The notes under the pieces: generated by a model
The model's input: only the letters and a program-made list of their open reading frames with translations
The model's database searches: none
What the model was told of the DNA's origin: nothing
Assembly: GCA_038316905.1 (NCBI GenBank)
Contig: JBBQAX010000003.1
Location: forward strand, 1-41,875
Source of the DNA: Verrucomicrobiota bacterium
GTDB lineage: Bacteria; Verrucomicrobiota; Verrucomicrobiia; Limisphaerales; CANJXF01
DNA length: 41,875 nt
Direction of reading: 5' to 3'
Shown: positions 18,401-29,144 of the stretch, one piece after another
Position numbering within the stretch: position 1 is the first letter of the stretch
Layout: each line of letters starts with the position of its first letter
Translations under genes and position numbers: made by a program

Positions 18401-21400
18401 CTGATTTCTGCCCGCAGCGATTCCAATTACGTTTGTGATCGATCCAAAGTTCGATTGGCCGGAGTCATTGTTTCCCCAGGAAATCAATTGGCCATCCGCC
18501 CGCAGCATGAGGAGATGTTCTTTCCCGGCGGCCAGGGCGACGATGTTCGTGGCAGATGTCGGCAGTGGAATCGGGCCGTTGGTAGGCGACGGCCCACGAG
18601 AAGAAAGGCCATGTCCACCGCAGGAATACGACGCTGTCAAATTTGTACTCGCACTCAACTGTCCCCACGCCAAAACACTGCCATCGGCTCGCAGTCCGGC
18701 GCTGAAATGAAAGCCTGCGACCACGCTGATGAGATTCGTGGCGCTGGTCGGAATACTAATTTGTCCGAGAAGGTTGTTGCCCCAGCCAATCGCGGTCCCG
18801 TCTGCCCGTAAGGCCAGGCTGTGAAATCCACCACCGGCAATTGCCACGACATTGGTGGCCTGTTCCGGCGGGGTGAGGAGGTTCCCACTCCATTCCAGAC
18901 CCCACGCGACGACGCTGCCGTCTCCTCGCAACGCCAGGTTGTGCAGCATGCCAGCAGCAATCTCGACCACATTTGAAAGTCCGGTGGGCAGCGTGTTCAG
19001 CCCGCCGTTGGACTGACCCCAGACCAACACTTGACCATCATCGCGCAAGGCCACGCTGTGCAACGCATTCGCTGCAATTCGAACCACGTTGGTGGCCGAC
19101 GTTGGGATCGTCGTTTGACCACATGAATTTCCACCCCAGCCGATGACTGTCCCGTCTGCCCGTAAGGCCAGCGCATGAGTGTCCCCGGCAGCGAGCGCAA
19201 TCAAGTTGGTAGCGGCAACAGGGATAGTTTGCGCGAGAGAGGTATTGCTTCCCCATGCACCCACCGCAGAAGCATTCAACAAGGCGGGATTACTCGTAAT
19301 CGAACCACTTGAGTTGCTGACGACAACCGTATAACTGCCGAGATCAGAGGGTAGGGTGGCGGGAATAAAAACAGCCGTGTTCGTCGCATCCACAATTTGT
19401 CCATTGTTCAAATACCACTGATACGTCATGGGTTCAGTTCCAGCGGCCTGAACCAAAAAGAAGGTGGGCAGTCCCAACGCGACCTGATTACTCGCGGGCG
19501 ATGAAACCAACGTGGGTGGTGTGGCTGTAACGATCAAAGACGCCGGCAAACTGGTGATACTTCCGCTGAAATTTGTGATGATCACGCGATAGTCTCCCGC
19601 CATCTCAACCTGCACATTCGTGAGCAACAGACTATCACCGGTGGCGGCAGGGATGGGTTGGTGGTTGAAGGTCCATTGAAACTGTCCGGGAATTCCGTAA
19701 CTCAAAAACGCGTTGAAGGTAACCGAACTTCCCGCCCCTGCCGTTTGTGAAATGAGTGGCTCCAAAAGCTGCGGGAGCGGGGGTGCGCTGACCACGAGAC
19801 TCGAGATTTGACTCGTCACGGATTCTGAGAAGTTGGAAAGCACCACCGCATAATCGCCCGAATGGGATGCGGTGGCTTCCGGAAATACCAGAGCGCGATT
19901 CGTTTCGCCGGGCAGATCATTCCCGTTGAATCTCCATTGGTACCGGCCGTTATTCACAATGCCCATGGCGCGCTGGCCTTCGACATGAGCGGAAAAGACA
20001 GCGGGCGATCCAATGTAGGTTTGGCGTTGCTCGGTTTGTCGTAGCGCCAATCCATCGGGTGGTTGCAATAATGCAAAACTGACGTTCCCCGCTGCCACCG
20101 CGACCACGTTCTGTAGCCAGACCGGAGGAACCAGACGGGCGTCGGTTGGCGACAATCCGCTCCCGTATAAGATTTGAACGCCAGACGGAGTTAAATAAAC
20201 AACATGATTGAAACCGCTGGCCGCGCTCAGATGAAAGTTTGAAGGGAACCCTGTCCCTCCACTGAACGGTGCCGAGATCGGCACGCTGCTGCCCCACGTC
20301 ACTCGTTTGCCGTCCGCCTGAATGGCCACGGTGTAATTGGCCCGCGCTGAAATCGCCACGATATTGGTGACAGTTGGAATCGTCGTGATGGATGGGTGGT
20401 GATGCCCCAGACCAGAATTTTACCATCCGACCGCAACGCAACACTGTGCGAACTGCCCGCCGCGATGGCCACGATGTTGGTCGCCGCGAGAGGAATGTCG
20501 ATTTGTCCGGTGCTGTTCGTTCCCCACGAAATGATCGTTCCGTCCGCCCGCAATGCGAGACTGTGTGAGTCGCCGGCAGCCACCGCAATTATATTAGAGA
20601 CCGTCGAAGGCACATTCGTTTCGCCTCCGGTGTTTCGTCCCCAGCCCACCACTGTTCCATCGCCTCGTACCGCGAGATTGTGATACATCCCCGAAGCAAT
20701 CGCGACCACGTTGGTGGCGCTCGGCGGCACGACCGCCATGCCATAATTATTTGTGACGTAGTTCGGAAAATTCCCAGTGAGAAAAAAATTGTCGCCCCAT
20801 GCCGTCAGTTGTCCGTCGGCCTTCAAAGCCAGCGCGTGTTGCGCACCAACGCTCAACGCGATGGCGTTAGTGAGAGACAGTGGCAGATTCGTCAGTATTC
20901 CCGAACCCCACGCCGCCACGGGGACGGCGGCGATTTCAAATTCCGGGCCAAGGCTGCCGCCAAAAGCATTGCTGACCGCGACACGATAAACTCCACTATC
21001 CGCTGGAGTGAACGAATTGAAGATCAGGCTCGCGCCACCGACGTTTGGTAGAGTCGTACCATTCAACTGCCACGTATAAGAAATCGGTCCCGCACTCAAG
21101 GTCGTTGCCACGCTCAAAGTGACCGGGCTGCCATACGAAACCGCACGGCTCGCTGGCCAGGAATTCACCGTCGGCCATTGGGGGAGGTTCACCGTTAACG
21201 CAGCCACGGAACTGGTGATGACCCCGACGCTGTTGCTGATGACGACGCGATAATTACCCGCTTGATTGGTGAGGACATAAGGAATGGAGTAACTCGCATT
21301 GGTCGCGCTGCTGATGTTCGTATTCCCAAATTGCCACTGGAAAGTTGGCGCAGGATAACCGTCCGCGACAACGCTGAAAGTCACGTTGCTGCCCGCCGCC

Positions 21401-22665
21401 ACGGATTGACTCTCGGGAGGCGTCGTCACGATTGGCAAGGTCGGCTGAATCTCCACAGAAAGATTGGCCACCAGGCCGGTGACAACACCCAATGGGTTGC
21501 TGACCACCACCGAATAAGCGCCTGCGTTTGTGAACTGCACCGGAGAAAGCGTCAACACTCCGGTATTCCCTCCGATGATTTCAGCGTCGTTGAAAAACCA
21601 TCGATAACTTAGCGGAGGCGCACCCACCGCCAGCGCATTCAAATGAAACACCTGATTGCTGTAAGCCACCAGAGCATCAAGCTGATCGACAAATTGCGGC
21701 GTGCCGTCGCCCATTAAACAGCCGCTATGTTCGGCACCGGCGGTAATGGCGACCGCCACGGCGTTCGATACGCTGGCCGGGATTGTCCGCTTACCATTGT
21801 TGTTGCTGCCCCAGCCAACGATGCTGCCGTCCCCTCGCAACGCCAGGCTGTGGCTGAGACCCGCGGTGATCGCGACCACATTGGTGGCGTTTGCAGGAAT
21901 AGAGATTTGCCCTGAACCGTTGCCGCCCCAACCGATAACAGTGCCATCCGCCTTAAGGCCCAGACTGAAGTCCGCACCCGCCGCCACCGCGATCAAATTG
22001 GTCGCTTGTGACGGTGGATTTGTCTGACCAGAAGAACTGGTTCCCCACCCCACCACCGTGCCGTCGCGCCGCAAGAATAAATTGTGTCCTGTGGGATGGA
22101 AGCGGCTGGCGGCGATCCGCATCCCGCGGGTCGCACGAGCAGGAACATTGGTCAGCCCAGCGCTTGGATTGCCCCACGCATAAGCCGTTCCGTTGGTTCG
22201 TAATACCAGATTGTGAGAAGCACCGGCGGCAATTCCCGCCACAGGTTGATTGGTCGCCTCCGCCGGAATGTTGGTGATCCCACCCGCATTAAGTCCCCAA
22301 GCCACCAAAGCGCCGTCTTCGCGCAAAACCAGGTTGTGTCTTTGCCCCGCGCTGATTTGCACCACATTGGTCGCTGTGACTGGAAGGTTGGTTTGCCCGC
22401 TAGAATTCAAGCCCCATGCGATGACCGCGCCATCCGAGCGAAGCGCAAGCGTGTGATCGTTTCCCGCCGACACCGCAGTGAGATTCGTCGCCGCGGGCGG
22501 AATGTTGGTTTTGCCATTAAAGGAGTTTCCCCAAACCACAGCGGTGAGTTCAGCCCGTGCTGACGAAATAAATCCCAGCAACAACCCGATCAGCAGTGCC
22601 GCGGCCCAGACTGGAAACGAGGTGGAAAGATGGGATCCAGCGACACCCGGAGAGATTTTCTTCAT
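15407..22665 (-). pseudogene. Giant secreted RCC1/BLIP-II-repeat and Ig-domain surface protein (~2,419 aa if joined), split by a 1-nt frameshift near 20395 (real lesion or sequencing error)
   Basis: ORF 20299..22665 has the signal peptide and repeats; ORF 15407..20359 continues the same 'AIAAGxxHSLALRxDGTVxxWG' and Ig repeats. The junction reads W-G-I-T-T-(ca)-S-I-T-T-I-P-T-V-T-N-I-V-A-I-S-A, so one extra base restores a single frame (7259+1 = 7260 nt). Confidence 0.8.
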
Positions 22666-22820
22666 TAGTTGTGCTCAAAACTATCTCACAAATCTGTTGG
22701 GAACCAATCCGATTCTGTGTTCGTTCGGCGTTCTTGGGCGGTGGCTTTGGAGCAGGGTTGGGATTTCCCGCCTTCCGGCGGTTTCTACGAAGAGACGCGA
22801 GACGGACAGGGATACGATTC

Positions 22821-22854
22821 AAAAAATTCGAGAGACTGAAATCGTCTCTCGAAT
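22821..22854 (-). terminator. Intrinsic terminator downstream of secA
   Basis: Perfect 11-bp stem ATTCGAGAGAC/GTCTCTCGAAT (22826-22854) with a 7-nt loop, followed by a T-run on the minus strand, 26 bp after the secA stop. Confidence 0.8.
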
Positions 22855-22880
22855 CATCCAGCGGAAAATACCTGGCTCAC

Positions 22881-25800
22881 TTAGCCATTCTTTCCACAAC
22901 ATTGCTTATATTTCTTCCCGCTGCCGCACGGACACGGATCGTTGCGTCCCACTTTCGGGCCGGTCCGAACCGGCTTCGCTCTGGAAACCGCTTCATTCGC
23001 TTCGCTGACCATGTCGCTGGCTCCGCCGGGTTGTGCGCCCGCAGCGGCATCGCTGCTAGTTGCGGGTTGTCCGCCGAACGCGCTGGTCGATTGGTGAATG
23101 GTGCGTTTCGGGATGTTGTGCAGAAAATTCTCGAACGCCATCAGGCTCGACGCGCTGCGGAAGATGTTGTGGCATATCTCAGTTTTGATGTTGACCATCA
23201 ACTCGCCGAAAATCTTGAAGGCCTCCGACGTGTATTCGATGAGCGGATCTTTTTGTCCATAAGCGCGCAGGCCAATCGCATTTCGCAAGCTGTCCATCGC
23301 GTAAAGATGTTCCTGCCACAGTTTATCAATTGCGCTGAGAATCGTATAACGCTCAATGCTCTTGAGCGCATCGGGTTGTTCGAAGCTGATCTTGAGTTCG
23401 TAAGCTTTGCGCACGCTGCTGATGAGAAATTGGCAGACGGCAAATTGCGCGGGGCTGAGTCCGTCAAACACGGAATCCGGCACGGGAGTTTCGTCGCCAG
23501 ATTTTGCGGCTTTGACAATTTCTTCTTCCGGCAAACCAATCGGGAAATTGAGGTTCACCCAATCGGCGAGGCCGCGAACGTTCCATTCGTTGACATCCGT
23601 ATTCGGGGAGCTGAACTCTTCGGCTTTCGAAATCACGACTTCTTCCATGATGTCGAGAAGCCGGTCGCGCACATCGTCGCTGTTGATGATTTCGTTGCGG
23701 AAGCCATAAATGACTTCGCGCTGTTTGTTCATCACGTCGTCGTACTCGAGCGTGCGTTTGCGCTGCTGGAAGTTGTGTTGCTCGACGCGCTTTTGCGCCT
23801 GCTCGATGGATTTGTTGAGCATGAAATGTTCAAGCTCCTGGCCTTCTTCAAAACCCATTTTCTCCATCATTTTGCCAATGCGGTCGGACCCGAAGAGGCG
23901 CATCAAATCGTCTTCAAGCGAAATGAAAAAGTGAGATGAACCAGGATCGCCCTGACGCGCGCAACGACCGCGCAACTGGCGATCAATACGGCGTGATTCG
24001 TGACGTTCCGTGCCGATCACATGAAGGCCGCCGATGTCCGCCACGCCGGGTCCGAGTTTGATGTCCGTGCCGCGACCCGCCATGTTCGTGGCGATTGTGA
24101 CGCCGCCGCGTTGTCCAGCGCGCGCGACGATTTCAGCTTCCTGCTGGTGATATTTCGCATTGAGGACCGAGTGAACGATCCCCGCTTTTTTCAACATGCG
24201 GGACACCTGTTCGCTGGTTTCGACGGACACCGTGCCGACCAGAATTGGCCGACCCAGATTGTGAATGGTCGTGATCTCCTTAAGCACGGCGCCGAATTTT
24301 TCGCGTTTGGTTTTGTAAACGGAATCATTGGCGTCTTTACGAGCAATCGCGCGGTTCGTTGGAATCACGAGCACGCCGAGTTTATAAATATCGAAGAATT
24401 CGCCCGCTTCCGTTTCTGCGGTTCCGGTCATGCCCGCCAGTTTCAGGTAAAGGCGGAAATAATTTTGAATGGTAATCGTCGCCAGTGTTTGCGTTTCCTT
24501 TTCGATTTCCACGCCTTCTTTCGCTTCAACGGCTTGATGCAATCCATCGCTCCAGCGGCGGCCCGTCATGAGACGACCGGTGTTTTCATCGACGATGATG
24601 ACTTTGTTTTCCTGCACGACGTATTGCACGTCTTTCAGGTAAAGGCAGTAAGCCTTGAGCAATTGCGAAATGGTATGAATCTGCTGCGCCTTTTGCTCGA
24701 ACTCCTGCTGCACTTTCGCCTTCAACTCTAGTCGGGCTTTAGGATCACTTTCAGCGGCGTCAATGTCCTGAAACTTCATGGTCAAGTCCGGCAGGACGAA
24801 CGCCTCAGGATCTTCAGGGCGGAGGAAATTGCGGCCTTTTTCGGTCAAATCTGCGTCGTGACTTTTCTCGTCCATCGCGAAGAACAATTCTTCCTTCTGC
24901 GCGTAAAGCTCCTTCTTGGATTGTTCGGCATGAAGTTGCATTTCTGCTTTATTCATCAGCCGGACATTCTCGGGTTCTTCCAAAACCTTCATGAAATCCG
25001 CCGAGCGCGGGTTGCCCACTTTCACCCGATAAAGCAACAGACCGATTTCGCGTTCAAGTTCAGGAACACTCTTGGGTTGCGAACCATCCTCGGGCCGCAA
25101 TTTCTTGATCAATGCTTCGGCTTCCGAGAGATAGCGATCGCACAATTTTCCCTGTGTGTGAACGATCGATTGGATAGCCGGTTTGAACTGGTCGTAAATC
25201 GCGTTGTCAGAACTGACGACTGCCGGACCGCTGATGATGAGCGGCGTGCGGGCTTCATCAATCAGGATGGAATCCACTTCGTCAACGATGGCGAAGTAAT
25301 GCCCGCGTTGAACCTGTTCTTCCTTGCGGCTGGCCATGCCGTTATCGCGCAAGTAATCGAAACCAAACTCCGCGTTCGTGCCGTAGGTGATGTCGCAGGC
25401 GTATTGCTCGCGGCGAACCGAAGGCGATTGATCGTGCAAAATGCAGCCAACCGTCAGCCCGAGAAATTTGTAAACCGCACCCATCCATTCGCCGTCACGC
25501 GCGGCGAGGTAATCATTGACGGTCACGACATGAACGCCGCGTCCCGTGAGTGCATTGAGGTAAACCGGCAATGTCGCCACCAAGGTTTTTCCTTCGCCCG
25601 TCGCCATTTCCGCGATGCGTCCGGTGTGTAATCCGTAACCGCCGATTAATTGCACATCGAAGGGAACCATCTCCCAACGCAGCGGATGACCGCGCACAAT
25701 CACGTCCTGGCCGCACAATTTACGGCACGCGGTTTTCACAACGGCGAATGCTTCGGGCAAAATTTCAGCGAGTCGTTGCTTGAGTTGTTCGTTGTCTTCG

Positions 25801-25970
25801 ATCTTTGAAAGTTCCTCTTTCCACGCGGCGGTTTTCTCACGCAACACTTCGATGGAAACATTCTGCAAAGTCCCCTCGATCTCGTTTATCCTCGCGACCA
25901 TGGGTCGAAGCTTCTTCACCTCACGCTGGTTCTTTGAGCCGAGGACTTTTTTGAATATGTAGCCAATCAT
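22881..25970 (-). CDS. secA: Preprotein translocase ATPase SecA
   Basis: 'AEMATGEGKTL', 'VTVNDYLAARD', 'IVDEVDSILIDEARTPLIISG', 'TNMAGRGTDI', 'QLRGRCARQGDPG', SEC-C 'CPCGSGKKYKQCC'. Confidence 0.98.
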   Translation of the reverse strand: MIGYIFKKVLGSKNQREVKKLRPMVARINEIEGTLQNVSIEVLREKTAAWKEELSKIEDNEQLKQRLAEILPEAFAVVKTACRKLCGQDVIVRGHPLRWEMVPFDVQLIGGYGLHTGRIAEMATGEGKTLVATLPVYLNALTGRGVHVVTVNDYLAARDGEWMGAVYKFLGLTVGCILHDQSPSVRREQYACDITYGTNAEFGFDYLRDNGMASRKEEQVQRGHYFAIVDEVDSILIDEARTPLIISGPAVVSSDNAIYDQFKPAIQSIVHTQGKLCDRYLSEAEALIKKLRPEDGSQPKSVPELEREIGLLLYRVKVGNPRSADFMKVLEEPENVRLMNKAEMQLHAEQSKKELYAQKEELFFAMDEKSHDADLTEKGRNFLRPEDPEAFVLPDLTMKFQDIDAAESDPKARLELKAKVQQEFEQKAQQIHTISQLLKAYCLYLKDVQYVVQENKVIIVDENTGRLMTGRRWSDGLHQAVEAKEGVEIEKETQTLATITIQNYFRLYLKLAGMTGTAETEAGEFFDIYKLGVLVIPTNRAIARKDANDSVYKTKREKFGAVLKEITTIHNLGRPILVGTVSVETSEQVSRMLKKAGIVHSVLNAKYHQQEAEIVARAGQRGGVTIATNMAGRGTDIKLGPGVADIGGLHVIGTERHESRRIDRQLRGRCARQGDPGSSHFFISLEDDLMRLFGSDRIGKMMEKMGFEEGQELEHFMLNKSIEQAQKRVEQHNFQQRKRTLEYDDVMNKQREVIYGFRNEIINSDDVRDRLLDIMEEVVISKAEEFSSPNTDVNEWNVRGLADWVNLNFPIGLPEEEIVKAAKSGDETPVPDSVFDGLSPAQFAVCQFLISSVRKAYELKISFEQPDALKSIERYTILSAIDKLWQEHLYAMDSLRNAIGLRAYGQKDPLIEYTSEAFKIFGELMVNIKTEICHNIFRSASSLMAFENFLHNIPKRTIHQSTSAFGGQPATSSDAAAGAQPGGASDMVSEANEAVSRAKPVRTGPKVGRNDPCPCGSGKKYKQCCGKNG

Positions 25971-26031
25971 TGTCTTAAATTGTGTTCGGAAACGGTATGG
26001 GAAGCGGGAATCTTGTCAAAAAGATTCACGG

Positions 26032-27942
26032 CTAGGCGGCGGCCGGTTGCGGTGCTTTTCCTTTCGGCGACGAAGGTGGATTTGTAGGCCCTTGATTCTT
26101 GAAACTTGCCCAAAAACGGGGTGGCAACATGGCGAGGCCCATGATTGCGAGTTGGCTGATGATAAATGTAATGAGCCAGAAAGAAGCTTTGTCCATGAAG
26201 CCGTAGGAATGCAGGCCGATTCCGAGCATGTTGACTCCAAACCACGAGAAGCTCGTGATGATATTCCCAAAAATTGTCATCGTCATTAAGCCGCGTTCTT
26301 TAATCAAACCGCCCCAGCGCGCATGCAAAACAATCGCGCACCAGATAACGATCAGCAGCGCGCCATTTTCTTTCGGGTCCCAACCCCAGAAACGTCCCCA
26401 GGATTGATCGGCCCAGATTCCGCCAAGAATCGTTCCGACGAAACTGAACAGCGTCGCAAAACAGGTGATTCCATAGACCATTCGCGCCAGTGCTTTTGCT
26501 GTTTCTGGAGCCAACGTTTTTGTGAAGAAACCGCGTATGACATAAATAATCGCGAGCAACCCGGCCAGGAACATGGCGGAATAACCTGCCGTGATGATGA
26601 CGACGTGTGTCGCAAGCCAGATGTTCGTGTCGAGAACGGCTTGCAACATTTCCATGGTGTCGCCGCTCATCGACAAATGATGCGCGATGATTTGGGTGAC
26701 GAATCCAACAAACGCCGCCGCAACGAGACCGATGCCGCCTTTAAAGATTTTCTCCAGAATCATTCCCAGAATAACCGCGCCCCAACCGACGAAAATGGCC
26801 GAGGAATAAAGATTCGTCACGGGCGGACGGCCTTCGAGATACATGCGGAAAATTAAGCCGACCGTATGAATGACAAAGGCGAGGCCGAGCAACGCAAATG
26901 CGGAACGACGGACCCATTCACTGAGGTTCAACCAGAACGCGCAACCGAGCAGCAATGCCGCGACATAAATGACCATCGCTTTGTAAAAGGGTTGAAGCTG
27001 ATTAAAGAAAAACTCTTCGGTTCCTTTTTTCAACTCCGGCGCGAGTTGGCTGGATTGCAGCCAGATGCGGTAATTCGCCACGGCTTTATTGAATTCAGCG
27101 GGTTGTTTTTTCGCGTAAGCGGTCGTGATTTGAGCGAGGTGCGTGACTGCCGGATGAATTGAATCCGTCCGCATCGATTGCATCAAGCTATCGCCAACAT
27201 TGATCCATTGATCACGAGCTTGATTCGGCATCGGCGGAACTGCCAATGGATAAGCAAACCGAGCGACTTCCTGATAACGCCGGAAAAAGGCCGCAATGAC
27301 CTGCAAATCAGTTTGCTCGAACTCCTCACCCGCCTCGCTCGCCTGAAGCGCGCCCAATCCGGGTGCGATGGTTTCCTTATAGCGACTTAATTCGTGGACG
27401 AAATCCTTTGTATCCACCGGACCCAAACTGCTCTTGATGCGGTGATACAAAATCAAGCTGTCGTAGAAATGCATCAAATCTTTTTGGAAAGGTGTGCGCA
27501 AGCGGGCGACATCTTTTTTGCCATCTTCGGATTTCGCGACGTTGCGTGCCTGCTTCTCGATTTCCTCCAGATGATTCGTGACTTGATTGAAGGAATAATA
27601 TTCCAACTGCGCCACTTCTGTGCCGAGCAACGCTTCCAGATCGGGATGTTGTGCGCGGAATACTTTGCGCGTGTCAGCCTTTTCCGAATTGCTCATAGCT
27701 TCAATCAGCCATTCGGTTGCGCTGATGGTGCCTTCGTCAGTACGCACGACAGATTTACCGCTCATGTTCAACAACGCATTGCGCGCCACAGAATCCATCG
27801 GCTGCACGCGTCCGTTGAGTAGAACCGGAAGACGTCCAAAGCCAGCGAGATTGAAATCATCCTTCGGCTTCGGCGCGCGAATGCCGACGAGAATCCAAAG
27901 GGCAAAAACGCCAACTAATATTTTAGGGAACCATTTTTTCAC
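26032..27942 (-). CDS. ccsA: Cytochrome c biogenesis protein CcsA/ResC (system II) with a large periplasmic N-terminal domain
   Basis: WWD motif 'WADQSWGRFWGWDPKE', conserved His in 'WLATHV' and 'GLHSYG', 'GRPPVTNLYSS'. GTG start overlaps the resB stop (GTGA). Confidence 0.93.
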   Translation of the reverse strand: MKKWFPKILVGVFALWILVGIRAPKPKDDFNLAGFGRLPVLLNGRVQPMDSVARNALLNMSGKSVVRTDEGTISATEWLIEAMSNSEKADTRKVFRAQHPDLEALLGTEVAQLEYYSFNQVTNHLEEIEKQARNVAKSEDGKKDVARLRTPFQKDLMHFYDSLILYHRIKSSLGPVDTKDFVHELSRYKETIAPGLGALQASEAGEEFEQTDLQVIAAFFRRYQEVARFAYPLAVPPMPNQARDQWINVGDSLMQSMRTDSIHPAVTHLAQITTAYAKKQPAEFNKAVANYRIWLQSSQLAPELKKGTEEFFFNQLQPFYKAMVIYVAALLLGCAFWLNLSEWVRRSAFALLGLAFVIHTVGLIFRMYLEGRPPVTNLYSSAIFVGWGAVILGMILEKIFKGGIGLVAAAFVGFVTQIIAHHLSMSGDTMEMLQAVLDTNIWLATHVVIITAGYSAMFLAGLLAIIYVIRGFFTKTLAPETAKALARMVYGITCFATLFSFVGTILGGIWADQSWGRFWGWDPKENGALLIVIWCAIVLHARWGGLIKERGLMTMTIFGNIITSFSWFGVNMLGIGLHSYGFMDKASFWLITFIISQLAIMGLAMLPPRFWASFKNQGPTNPPSSPKGKAPQPAAA

Positions 27943-29144
27943 GAGTTCCTCTCCCCTGCTGCGAGCGCGGTTGAGGTTGTCTTTCTCGGATCGTCACGCC
28001 GAGGAGCAATTTGATTCTTCCTCTTTTGAGCAAAGCCAATGAGGTGCATTAAAAACTGAACCAGCAAACCCAAGCCCATTAAAATGCAGGATACGTAAGG
28101 CGTAATCGCTGCCGGATTCCGCACGACTTGCAGGATGGTAACTTTGTCGTTTGTCGGATCAAAGCTGGCCTGGAAATAAGTTTCACCGGCGTGACGTAGC
28201 GGTTCGTTCATTCTGATCAATACATCGCGTTCTTCCCCCCGAGTTGGATCGCTTAGATGGATTTTGCTGGAGAAATTGCTCGGTTTGGTTGTGCCGGGAT
28301 AAACGTCATGGCGGAAATCCAGGAGCTTAATCGTGTAAGGTTTATAATAACGAGTCGGACGCAATAGAAGATTGTAAGTGCGTCCGTCAAATTCAAACTG
28401 ATGAGCCTCGTTCTGCCAAAGGGAAGCGACCCATTCGCCAACTTTCCCGCTCTCAGTGGTCAACTCCAGCAACGCGGAAGGAACATTCTTTTCGTCCATG
28501 GTTGCAACCAGTGGGACTTCGGAAAACTGGTCGGTGGCACCCGCCGCCTGCATTTTTTTACCTTCCACCATTGGCCCAGCGGGACGCGAATTTTCAAAGT
28601 ATTCTTTGACGCGAATCGTGAAAGGAAGTTTCGCATGACGAATTTCCTGCGTTTTTGCGATAAGCGATTCCGGAATTGCAACCACTTCATCGCGATCTGG
28701 ATTCGACACGTCAATGATGGCTACTTCATGGAGCCGCGCATTTTCGCTGTAGTTTCGTGTCTGACCTTCTTCAAGCCGAAGATTGCTTTCGACCTGGAAA
28801 ACTTCCGTGAAAAACTGTCCAAGCAGCAAGAAGATCAGACCGCCGTGAATGAGGAAGATGCCGATCTTCTTTTTCGAAATCTGAAATCGTTTCACGTGCG
28901 CCGCCAGCAAATTGACGAGAAGAAGACCGCCCAAGAGCCAGCCGCCGGGTAAAACGGGGATTTTCCAGCTCACGCCGTTTGGCTGCCAATAAACAAAAAT
29001 GCTACGGAAATATTCTTCCTGGGCAACGTAAAGGCCAAGTTTCACTTGCGCCATCGTGCCTACAAACACCAGCACGAGAGCGCAGCTCAAGAGAACGACG
29101 GTCAATTGCAACGAACTAAAGAGTTTGAAAACGCGATTTGTCAT
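27939..29144 (-). CDS. resB: Cytochrome c biogenesis protein ResB/CcsB (system II)
   Basis: 'FSSLQLTVVLL...VFVGT', TM His 'IFLIHGG', 'IKLLDF...YPGTTKPSNFSS', 'IRMNEPLRHAGETYFQASF', C-terminal TM; directly upstream of ccsA. Confidence 0.88.
   Translation of the reverse strand: MTNRVFKLFSSLQLTVVLLSCALVLVFVGTMAQVKLGLYVAQEEYFRSIFVYWQPNGVSWKIPVLPGGWLLGGLLLVNLLAAHVKRFQISKKKIGIFLIHGGLIFLLLGQFFTEVFQVESNLRLEEGQTRNYSENARLHEVAIIDVSNPDRDEVVAIPESLIAKTQEIRHAKLPFTIRVKEYFENSRPAGPMVEGKKMQAAGATDQFSEVPLVATMDEKNVPSALLELTTESGKVGEWVASLWQNEAHQFEFDGRTYNLLLRPTRYYKPYTIKLLDFRHDVYPGTTKPSNFSSKIHLSDPTRGEERDVLIRMNEPLRHAGETYFQASFDPTNDKVTILQVVRNPAAITPYVSCILMGLGLLVQFLMHLIGFAQKRKNQIAPRRDDPRKTTSTALAAGERNS

Noticed and set aside
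18781-19180. Exact 23-nt repeat GTCCCGTCTGCCCGTAAGGCCAG in the RCC1 gene, considered as a DGR template/variable pair or CRISPR repeat
   Set aside because: It encodes the LALRADGT repeat motif. There are only two copies, no adenine-specific variation, and no reverse transcriptase or cas gene.
24700-25200. Large insertion in the SecA preprotein cross-linking region, considered as an intein
   Set aside because: No Cys/Ser start, His-Asn end or homing endonuclease motif; long helical insertions here are known in several phyla.
22596-25631. Long plus-strand ORFs (447, 243 and 257 aa) opposite secA
   Set aside because: Antisense shadows of a codon-biased gene, with no recognisable motifs.
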